Positions 14,362 to 24,852 of a stretch of 64,000 bases of DNA are shown piece after piece (position 1 is the stretch's first letter; each line of letters starts with the position of its first letter). The stretch covers positions 5,394,001-5,458,000 of the forward strand of contig CM120649.1 of NCBI GenBank assembly GCA_051362555.1, in the 5' to 3' direction. Source of the DNA: Lingula anatina. Taxonomy: Eukaryota; Animalia; Brachiopoda. The position numbers and the translations under genes are program-made. Below the pieces are notes generated by a model that did not search any database, was not told where the DNA came from, and was given only the letters and a program-made list of their open reading frames with translations.

Positions 14362-14377
14362 AAACGCACAAATCCCC

Positions 14378-14439
<62 letters not shown>

Positions 14440-14521
14440 AACGCACAAATCCCCCCCCTCTCTCTCACACACACACACACACACACCCACACACACACAC
14501 ACAGAAACGCACAAATCCCCC

Positions 14522-14570
<49 letters not shown>

Positions 14571-16033
14571 ACACACACCCATAGAAACGCACAAATCCCC
14601 CCCTCTCTCACACACACACACACATACACACACACTATTACAAAGTTATTAACCTATTTTCCCATGCCGCTTAGATCCCCAAGAAGAGGTGGGTTACGAC
14701 ATCTTTGCAGACATGCCCTCAGACTCGGACTCCGACTGCGGCTACGAGAGCGACATCGAGTTCGAGATGGGGGACAAGCCGCACGTGCCTTGTTATAACA
14801 TCGTGTGCGAGGACGACCATGGGTATGTAGAACACGCTTAAGAGAATGCAGGAACATGCTTCAGTATTCAAGTAGTTCATTGTCGTTTTGTTACACCGAA
14901 CAAAACGTGTCTCACGTGGGCACACCCAGCCACGTGCTGTGAGGGTGCACGTGACCTTTGCACGCGATCCTCTGCTAAAACCTCGTTAATTCCGATAAAG
15001 TTTTAGTTTGATGAACTTAAGAAATCAAACTTCAGTAAGTGTTTGGCAGCTGCTGGTTTCGAGTAAATAGGAGAAATCTCTAACTTTGTGCGTATTCATA
15101 TTTTGCGTGTATTTGATTTTCAGACCCTGCAATTACGTTGTACTGTATGACGTGCTGGATTACCTCGACATGAAGAAAAATGATTTCATCAATTTTCACG
15201 GAAACCTCACGTTCGTGTCCTTAAAGATGAGCGATTTTGCTGAAGCGATAGCCAGCAGCGTGGTGAACAATAGGTGTAAGTGGGTGACCGGTGACATGGC
15301 CAAATCACAGGGGTACATTGAGCTGGTCAAGCTAGATGATAACCTGAGAAGAATCTTTGGTACCTCGATGGAAAGGTTGCCAAGGGAACAGCCGGCGGAG
15401 ACACAGGTAGTGGAGTCAGTAAATGCCGGGTCTGTTGTTACGCCAAGCACCAGTTCCGCTCCAAATAACATGTTAGAGCCAGACGACATGAGAGTTAGCA
15501 TTAAGAAAGAAATAAGTGACTACGACGAAGAACCTGTCCAAATGGAAACTGATTTTACCCAATCAGGTTCTGCGGATGTCGGAAGTCCGGATGATGACGA
15601 GCCGCCCGTGCTGTATGTCATGTGTGATCCCGCAGAATTACAAAGGTCTCGCTTCCGGTCCCCCGTACACCCAGCAACTACAGAGGCTCCGGACGCCATG
15701 ATGACTTCATTTGACGGCTTACACGAACGCGGAGCGGTGTTTGCAGTCAAAGAAGGAACAACAGCTGAGAAACTTTCTGCAGAACTTCCATTTCCTCCTG
15801 CGATCCGTCCTATCATCCAAGCCAAGTCCAGTGAAGCAGACGCCATCTGTGAGCTTAGGATAGCAGACGTCTGCAGTCTGGCGGGTAAAGGTGTTGAACT
15901 GTTCAATAACAGCGCAGGCGCGTTGCCGGGAATGTTTGAATCTCAAGTCTCAGAAAACAAAGCTCGGCGAACGGAAAACGGAATGGACGAAGACACCGAT
16001 GATGATATGCCTCAACTTACAATGTGTACGTGA
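3556..16033 (+). CDS. BCOR: BCL-6 corepressor (BCOR/BCORL1 family), PRC1.1 subunit; 9 coding exons
   Basis: GT-AG exons in consistent phase: 3556-8271, 9755-9902, 10969-11375, 11752-11928, 12719-12885, 13249-13394, 13630-13710, 14675-14822, 15124-16033. Encodes [20 protein letters not shown]|[10 protein letters not shown] (like human IANSAGYVGDR..LSREQRALQ..RAMMRFSELE), ankyrin repeats ([51 protein letters not shown]) and a PUFD-like region ([26 protein letters not shown]). An acceptor at 3551-3552 implies further upstream exon(s). Confidence 0.93.
8461..8720. mobile_element. Palindromic MITE (TTA/TAA-flanked, Harbinger/Tourist-like)
   Basis: Imperfect ~260-bp inverted repeat (aaacatcgtac..gatcgatcc / ggatcgatt..gtacgatgtgttt; tgtaatcag / ctgattaca) in a BCOR intron. 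Related to 8893-9068. Confidence 0.65.
8893..9068. mobile_element. MITE of the same family
   Basis: TIRs gcattcagatagacccatcgtac / gtacgatgggtttatctgaatg, flanked by tta; internal agctagggggtaatta core. Confidence 0.65.
11916..12071 (+). repeat. 25-bp minisatellite (6 units) spanning a BCOR exon donor
   Basis: Units gatggggtacgaggtacgtacattt and variants. Confidence 0.85.
14143..14636. repeat. Compound minisatellite: (CA)n-GAAACGCACAAATCCCCCC-(CT)n, 7 units
   Basis: Core visible at about 14187, 14247, 14308, 14361, 14438, 14504 and 14584. It produces the spurious CV-rich ORFs in the track. Confidence 0.92.
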
Positions 16034-18687
16034 AGCTTTTAAAACATCACACAGTTTTTGGAAAAAAAGTTTTCTTTCAAGAACGCAAGTTAATGCGTTT
16101 ATTTTTTCAAAAAAAAAAAAAGAAGACTTGAAATGAAGCGACCTACCTCTTGACGAAGTCATGTCATGTAACGAAAAAGCACTAAGGTACTGATACTTTT
16201 AAGGTCCACCTTAAGCTTTTTGTGAAAACGAATTTCTACCTTTATGGCGCACCACAAAAAGACACCGCTCCTTAAGACGAAAAGAAGTCGAAAAGAAGTA
16301 ATCACACGACAACCCACTTTTCGCCGCAATGTACCAACACAATTCGGGTTTCAGTTTTCTCGTAATGCGAAAAAGGCTTACTGCATTTTGAAATACAATT
16401 TTGCAAAAGGAAACGCCTAATTGGTGGACCCAGGAGATCCATGTTTGACTACCTCGCTATAATTACAGTGGCATTGAAGTTTATGTTTGTTCGTTTTTGA
16501 CACCGTTGCAGTGGTTGTTCGTTCTGTTCTCTTTTTCTTTTATTAATTTTTCATTTGTATTTATTTGATTATTTTTCTTTGTGTTATACCAGTATGCTGA
16601 GACGATAGAACGTCAGTATCAGATTAAGTGTGAGACCGTTAATTACGCCATAAATTCAAGACGATTCCTTGTTACTAATTAATGTGAACTAAGTTGTTTA
16701 CCTCAGTTATATCCTATGGATAACGGTGCAAGAGGAATATGTACACAATGCGTCGAGGCATTTAAAAGAAAAAGTGTGATTGGAATGTTAGTGAGACGTC
16801 TAATCTGACTTCAAGCGAAAGTGTCCCTCGCTAGAATCAGGAAGTTTCTCTTTATTAGAGAAGTGAACACTGTTGGCATGGACCATTACGGTATTTCCTG
16901 TTAAATATCAGTGTTTTGGTAACACTGATGGAATATTGTTAGATTGTTCAAATGAAACCTATGATCTCAATAAGTTAACTGTGATTTGAATCGTTATGAT
17001 CGAAGCGGGGCAGGCTCTTTCAAAGATAAAGAGTTTTTCCCGCTTACTGTTTAGACGCCTAGATTGATAGTTTCTGAGACCGTTTTTCACTGAAGTAGCA
17101 GTAGTTTAACAAAATGGGAGCCTGTGATGTTGTGACAAGTACCAACAAAATATAGTATTTTTCATCGTTAGTAGACTCGATACTTTATCAAAATCACCTG
17201 GTTATAGGTAAGATTGAAACTTTGCAAAACATATTGTTTTGGAAGTCCATTGTGTGAGTAGTTTTCCAATAGATATTAGGTTTGCAGTTTTTGTAGATCG
17301 TTTCTTTAACGGTAAATATTTAAAGCACGGTTCTGACGTCCATATGTGTTTGGTTTGTCCAGTTACCGCCAAGCACTGCTTCTAACAGTAGTCTTATAGT
17401 TGCCGTCGAATGGCAGGAATGTTGGTTCGTACAGGAACGTGTACAAAATGTAGATAGTGCAGTTACTGGAAGAAAATTTAAAGTTTTTATGATATTGATT
17501 TAAATTATGAAAAGAACTGATGAAAATAAAACTATCACAGTGATTGTTTCAAGGTGAAATAATCGTTATATAAAACCAACAAACCATGTTGTTTTTGATA
17601 CCATCTTTTATATTTAGAAACAACTTTAAAAAATTATAATTGTCACGGTGTAACATACAAGCACACTGTCATATACAAATACACAATTTACATTACGTCA
17701 CTTTGCTCGACTTTCCTACCAATTTATACAAATCTGAAAATAAAAATTCATGTGACGAATCTAGATTTCACCCACATCGCCCACTTGGTACCATTCATCG
17801 ACCAAAATCAATAGAAGATGAAACAGAAGCCATTCCACGTTCTTCTACAAAACAAAAATCGATGGAATGGTATCATCCATAACACATTATCATTAAGAAT
17901 CAAGTCTGATCCATTAAATAAGTATCGATCGACCACAGTGAGACACAACAAGCACTGGCTTGCGGTAAAGACCCGATCTTTTCAATGTGGGAATATTGTG
18001 GGTTTTACAGAAACTATTTTTAAAGTCAATTTTTAATTAGAACATGCCTATTAAGTGGTAGAAACAAAATTTAAAAGCAGGCTAGTCTTTAGTTCTATTC
18101 TATGCAGCAAAACCACCACAAATGCTATATAAAAATATATTTTTATGATAATAAGACAATGTATCTGAAAATTTGATAATTGGAAAAATCAAGTGAATAC
18201 CGTAGTTCTTTTCGACTATCGGGTGCTTTGGAATAACTGTCTCGTCTAAATTACTAGAATATTCTCACCACTTAGGCGCCGTTAAATTGCCTTCATTCAC
18301 CATGCGTGTATCCTGAAGATATCACTGTCAGTCAATCTCATTTACTCCAGTATAGTATATTACAGTCATATTCACAACTCATTCAGCTCAAGTTCCATAC
18401 TAAAAGGAGCGAAAAGGCACACGCACCTGGGCCCCACTGAAGTCCCTTTCTGGTTAACAATATTGCCATGTGCCGCCATGTTTTCAAATAGATCACAGTC
18501 ATTGAAAAATGCATACGCACAATCTTATCTTTATCAAAGATTGATATATCAAGATTCTATTGACATGCGATGCGGAGAGCAGAGTTAGAAAATCGGATTC
18601 TGCGCCCTGAATGTGAAAAGTGAATTCTACACTCTTAATCTGCATGGTACCTTCACGGTAACCATCCCAAAATGGGGGAAAAAACCA

Positions 18688-21523
18688 TCACTGATCAAAT
18701 AGCCCCTCCTTCTTCAAAAACCTCACCGCATCCCCCCAACCCTGTTCATATATTCTTTCAAGTCCGGTCTTATTGGGGGGCACCAGCGCCCTTACCCCAC
18801 GGTGCAGGTTCCTGAGGTTGAACTGGAAGTCCTGGTTCACCGTCCTGACCCTCAGACCCAACACGCTCCTGTCGGTGGGGCTGATGTCTTGATGCCCCGA
18901 GAACGGGGACACGGTGATGGTCCTCCCCGTGGGAAATACTGGGAGGTTGTCCGTGAATCCGCCGTCAATGTACGACTGAAGTTAAATTCAATCTCAGTTT
19001 GGTTACTGGGAATAATAATCCTTATAATAATAATAACCCCAATAATAAAAACAACAATATTAGCAGTCATAATAAGTATTGCATTATTACTGTTGATGTG
19101 ATTATTATTGCTGTTGTTTTTAATGATTAATATTATTTTATCGTTTTCCAAAATCATTTGAGTCATAAAGTACCTATATTGTCACAGTGGGCACAGAGAA
19201 TAAATCTCAACATTATATTCATATTAACATCATACGGTCACTAATAATGATCAGGAACAAAGTGAAAATAATACATATCAGCTCGAGTCCTACAGTTTAT
19301 TTGCTAACACACTAATGCAGATACATGCAGTACAGGGAAACATACCTTTCCACGGATGTGTAAAGGTTTTGTCGTGCCTGCATATCCAGGGATGTGGCAT
19401 GAAGCGAGTAAACACTGGAATGCAATATAAGCATGTTAACAGTAAACAAATGTAGGGCTATAGACTGAGCTTGAAGAGTGGAGGATTAAATCCGTCGCCC
19501 GTGACCGGGGGAGGGGATGGGCACCATTCAGAAAAGATGATCCAAGTACTAACTGATCCGCCGACTAAATATGGCCAACCCCACTTCAAAAGCGATCCCG
19601 CTGATTCCATGATGTTCTTCCCGCCTCAACACGCGCTGTCGTTGCAGAGGCCTGGCAATTAAACCTCGTAGCTGAGATTCAATCTGTTTAATGGCGCGTG
19701 TGGAGGCGGGGAGACCATCGGGAATCAGCGGGATCGCTTTTGAAGTGTGGTCGGCCATATTTAGTCCGCGGATCATCTTGTTCTGAATGCGCTTAAAAAC
19801 ATGAGTCCAGGGCTTTGCCCACCCAATACATTGTCATCCATGTCTGTTACAACCATGATAATTGTACTTTTTTATTCTTATATAATTACATCATTTTTTT
19901 TTTCGAAAGAGAGAAAGGGTTAGCTGCAGATGGTGCCAACACAATAGGTTCAATGTACTTCAATATGTCAGTCATTCAAAAGGGGAACAGATGATATCAT
20001 CAAACGTTATCAAATATTTCACTGCGGGACGCCGGTGTGACAGGAATGGCAGTCTGCTAGGAAACGTAGTCTGCTCCTCATTACTCTGTACAGGTGACAT
20101 TCGTCCCATACACTTATCTAATACTCCGACTAACCCTAACATGTACTTATCATATACCCTCTACCAGGGCCAAAGATTGATTTTTCACCAGATATTAACA
20201 GATATGTCTCTGGTTAAATAGATACCTACTACCTAATCTCTGTACTCTCTGTAATCTCTGTAATCTCTGTGCCTCAGCAAAAATGTTCACAGTAATAACT
20301 GCGGCCCTGGTAGAGGGTACTTACCATATGGGACCCCGCAAACCCATCCCAAGGACTACCATTCCTGTTACACCAGGATTGAAGAATTTTTTCATCCAGT
20401 GATGCGTTAGGTGTGTCCTCGGCACTCTGTCACAATACATAACTGGTAGGTGCGGGAAGAGTGAACGTCCACACAGAGGTTAAACTCTCCACCTCCTGTA
20501 ATAACCACTGACATTTCCTATCTATTAATCCTTTTAAAAGAATTTTTTAAAAATTGCTTGATCTATTTTTCTACAAGATTAATCCACAATATTTATTAGC
20601 ACTGTATATTTTATTGGCCATGTACAAGATTAAATGTGTGCTTTAATTTTTAATACCAATTATCCTTTTGGCACTGGAAATCAATCCAGTAAATGCCTTG
20701 CAGCCTCTATCGGTTTCCTATCAAGTTCTCCTCTTAAAACGTGAATTTTCTTGAGTAATATGTGCAAGTTTTCGCAAATGCATCACAAAAAGAAACAAAC
20801 AATTGTATTACCTGAATTAGAAAATCGTTACTTTCGTATTCTGAAATAAGAATGTTTTTCAACCTGGGCTTGTTGTGCCTGGAGAGCTCTGACAGTGACG
20901 TAAACAACTTCCCTGTCGCCACCTGGTGGGCATCTTCTGGCAGAAATTCGCGGAGATGTTGCTCCACGCTGAGCATTATATTTGACTTTTGAGTAAATAT
21001 ACCGATTTCCCTCTGGCGAATACCTGCCGCCATTTTGTAGGACAAATCCTTCATTATCTAAAATATGAGCCATTTATATAATCAACTAAAAATAACGAAT
21101 GTCTAATTGGAAAATGAATAATAAATTGACAAATCAATAAATGTTTTAATCAATCAATTAATGAAAATTCTTATAAATCTTAACAAATGATAATGCTAAT
21201 GGGAATTCAGTTGATACAGGGCTTTGAGTAAGTCACCTAAACCCCTTTAAAAATGAAAAGTTCGAAAATTTCTTATTTTGTTTTATTAATGTTAAGTCTC
21301 AAGTTCCAACTTTTCAAACACTGCATGCATTTCTTCATAGACGTACATGGAATTCTTTCAACTTGGTCGCCATAGCAACAGCTACTAAGGCTCCAGCAGA
21401 CGCCCCGGCCAGCTTGTCCACCCGACTTAGGAACCGCCCACCATGTGTGATAAAGCACTCGACCACGCCCACTTGATAAATAACCATAAGGCCACACCCA
21501 CAGAATGAGAGGTGATACGTCAT
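18688..21523 (-). CDS. PNPLA4: Patatin-like phospholipase, PNPLA4 (GS2) type; 4 coding exons
   Basis: Exons 21523-21347, 21057-20812, 19414-19346, 18975-18688, all joined in phase 0. Motifs LSFCGCG, GASAG (catalytic Ser), LLASCHIPGYAG and YIDGGFTDNLP (catalytic Asp). Short C-terminus GWGDAVRFLKKEGLFDQ resembles PNPLA4 GFDDTVKFLLKENWFE. Confidence 0.85.
19520..19797. mobile_element. Palindromic MITE
   Basis: Arms cattcagaaaagatgatcc..actaaatatggccaacc..cacttcaaaagcgatcccgctgattcc and their reverse complement. Half copies at about 13148-13220 and 32886-32947. Confidence 0.75.
20155..20319. mobile_element. Small MITE with 17-bp terminal inverted repeat including TA flanks
   Basis: taccctctaccagggcc (20155-20171) and ggccctggtagagggta (20303-20319). 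Confidence 0.65.
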
Positions 21524-21611
21524 GGTCAAGAGATCAGGTGTCAAAGGGCCGTCTTATAGCTGTCAAAGCTTTGTCAAGGTAGTTCACAGGCTGCATGGAA
21601 AATAGGATGAA

Positions 21612-21950
21612 GTTTGGATCAAGTTATTAGAACACATCGGTTCAGAGGCCCCTATGAAATTAAAATTTACCTGGTCATTAAAATAATACAGTAGGCTTAT
21701 CAAGGCCTGGCGCAATAGACACATGATCTGCTAAAATGGGTACATCTAGTGACTGACAACTTCACAAGAATTAAAAAAGGTGTCTTGGTAACTGCGTGAA
21801 AAATTGAATAAAATTTGGATAAAGCTATCAGAATATGTCGGTTCAAAGGTCCCTATGAAATTAAAATACATCTGGTAATAAAAATAATACAGTAGGTATA
21901 TCAAGGCCTGACGCAATAGGCAAGTCTGTCAAAATAGGTACATCCTGTAA
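21612..21950. repeat. Diverged ~200-bp-period tandem duplication between PNPLA4 and PUDP
   Basis: tcggttca.agg.ccctatgaaattaaaat..aaaataatacagtagg..tatcaaggcctg.cgcaatag occurs twice. Confidence 0.8.
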
Positions 21951-23053
21951 TTAACAAAATAACTAGCGGCAAATTATGATCGAGATTCTTCATAAAGGTT
22001 TTATTCCCAACTCATATAAAAAATGATTATTTTTAGAAATAACCGTAATTGGGTGGCAAGATTGATGGTGTGACACGAGGAAGATTTTAATATGTGGTTG
22101 TGCAAATATCCGGTTCCACAATGAAAAAAATCTCATCAGATTTATACTTTCTTAGTTATCATATTTATCAAATTTGCATTCTAATTTTCAAATAATCATT
22201 TTGGTGTCCCCATGGATAATAATTTATAAATTATGTTTTTTCTTATTTGGCAGTTTTAGTCAAATACACATGAGACGTACCTATTTTGGCAACGTACGGG
22301 TACTATAGTGCATAGTTTGTCAGGGCATGCACAGCATAATGCGTATGGTAGAATTATGGAGTTGAGAAATAGTGCCAATACAACTGAAACTGGAATGGCT
22401 GTCCAATAGAAACCGTAGATCGTTCCCACTTACTTCGTAAAAGTGATATTTACACCATATCTTGGTCACAATACTTCTTAATTCTACGGGTACGCTGTAC
22501 AAATTAGACTAGTACGTAATTGTGGTACCACGCGAGTATCATTCCTGACACATCAGGGTATTTGAGGGTCCGTTTGCCGTCAAGACCCCAATGTCATGGT
22601 ATTTTCTCAGTGTGCACTTTCTCACTTGTGAAAACACTTTAAAATAAGACTGGCTATGAAATCCCTCAGCGATTAGATCTTCGACTTTTTTCTAAATCCA
22701 TTTAACCGGGTCCGTCGTCCAAGCCCCTGGTGTTCAGTTGTAATTGTTTATGAACATGCATCAAGAGAGACTAAAAAATTAAGTATTTTATGTATGCTTA
22801 GTCATACCAAATACGTCACGAATACAAAAAACTTAAATTTTGTTTGCATTTTGTACATGTTTAAATTTTTTTTTTAATGCACAATGCGTAAAGAAATCCA
22901 CTTATGGCTTTTCTTGTTTATCCTTTGGCATGACCTTGACATAGATTGATTGCTTCTCGGTTACACGAGCTACCTTATGCCTGTGTTTGGTTCATTGTTG
23001 CAAATGCGTGTGTGCACTGTGATATGATTTTACGTAGCATTTGAGAAAAAAAT

Positions 23054-24813
23054 ATGTCGAAGTACAATCCTGTGACTCATGTCATTTTTGACATGGACGG
23101 TCTTCTTTTAGGTGAGATTTCGCTCAAGTATATAAGTTATTATAACGTTCCCTTCATATTACATCATCATGTAATGAATTTACTAGTATAACTTGTACCT
23201 GTACCGTACGTTGCACACTTTTGTTCAAAATGCACATGTTACTTACATTTATTAACAATACTACTAACGCACCAGTAGATGTAGATGCAGCTATTTTCTA
23301 TTACATTACAGACACTGAAAGGTTATACACTGAAGCCACTCAGATGCTATTGGACGAGTATGGAGAAAAGTTCACTTGGGAAATCAAGAATAAACAGATG
23401 GGGAAGAAAGCTGTAGAAGCAGCCAGAATTATCATTGGTATGTATATAGTGAGAGAAATTAGTCTCAGACTGATCCTGGCCTGTTTCAGATACAGCCCGA
23501 ATCTACCGAGATGTCACAAATCAGATTCTGGCAACTTACAACAAATCTATTCCATGGGAGCTAGAAAATAGGATCCGAGGGATGAACAGTTACCTTGTAT
23601 CTCGTATCATTATTGGTAGGTATATAAGCAAAACATGTAGTTTTTTCCCTGTAAATTTTCTTGATGTATGCATATGGTGAGCAATATATATTGCTATTAA
23701 GTTGTCCTCTGGTCAGTGAAAACAGGGCACCAAACCAGTCAAAATGTGATCAAGACAACAGTGGCAGCTGAAATAAATATCTTCCAATACATGCCCAGAA
23801 AAATAAAAAGTAAAAAAGAATTAGCACATTAATCATTCATTTGGAGAAATGATGTAATTTAATTTGGTAGGTATATATGAAGGTCCTATTATAATAGCTC
23901 CTACTTGTTACTTGCCAGTTGCACATTAAAGGGTAGGTCTCATAATTTTATAAAACAAGCCCAGTAGTTTCAAAGGTGGCTTTTAGGAAAGGCAGGGATT
24001 TCCGAAAATAAATGGACTTTATTTACCATCATTTGGAAATAGAACCTAGATCAAATCTTGATTCAGACAGTTTCAGGAAGAGATAGAGAGCTCCAACCCA
24101 AGCTGACTTATAATTGAGGCTGCAGATTCACCTTTTTTATGTTCTATACTTCAAAATACTGCAGTGAACACAATTCTATGATATGTGATCTGTTATTGGT
24201 GTTCATTGTAACAGATATTTTTCTTTTTATTTTCAGATGAGCTTAATCTACCTCTCACTCCAGATGAAATGATTAAGAAGTCAAAAGAACTGCATGAAAA
24301 ACTCTTTCCAGATGCACAATTTATGAAAGGTGTGGTGTAAACATGAGACTTAAAATTTTTATCATATGTAAGGAACATCTGACAAATTTTAAGACATTGT
24401 TCAATGCCTAAAAATTCATCCTATTATCAGTACTGTTCAGTTATTATTTTGTGATAAATAAACTTGGCTTCATTGAGTTTGGCCAAAAACAGCGGTTACT
24501 AAATATCTTGAAATAGTCCTCAGTCATTGCATCTACTTGTAGTTTCTGGTTACACTTACATAGTAGTAAAGTGATTTACAAAATTTCCACTAGAGCAACT
24601 TTTGTGAGCCCCTGATGAACATTCATGCCCCCCCCCGTCCCCTCCCCAATACACACACACACACCAGGGGCGTATTTAGATTTTCAAGTTTACATTGACG
24701 GATATCTATTTTTTCTGTCGGAAGACAGAAAATGTCTTCCGACGGTCAAAAATGTAGGATGGATCAGCAAAGATAATTTGGAAGACTGTCAGAAACTATT
24801 TCTGGATCCGCCC

Positions 24814-24852
<39 letters not shown>

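Noticed and set aside
14036-14592. Cys/Val-rich ORFs
   Set aside because: Translations of a (CA)n/(TG)n minisatellite.
18499-18690. About 62 open codons after the PNPLA4 TGA (readthrough or selenocysteine)
   Set aside because: No readthrough context such as TGA-CTAG, no SECIS seen, and the protein already ends where PNPLA4 homologs end.
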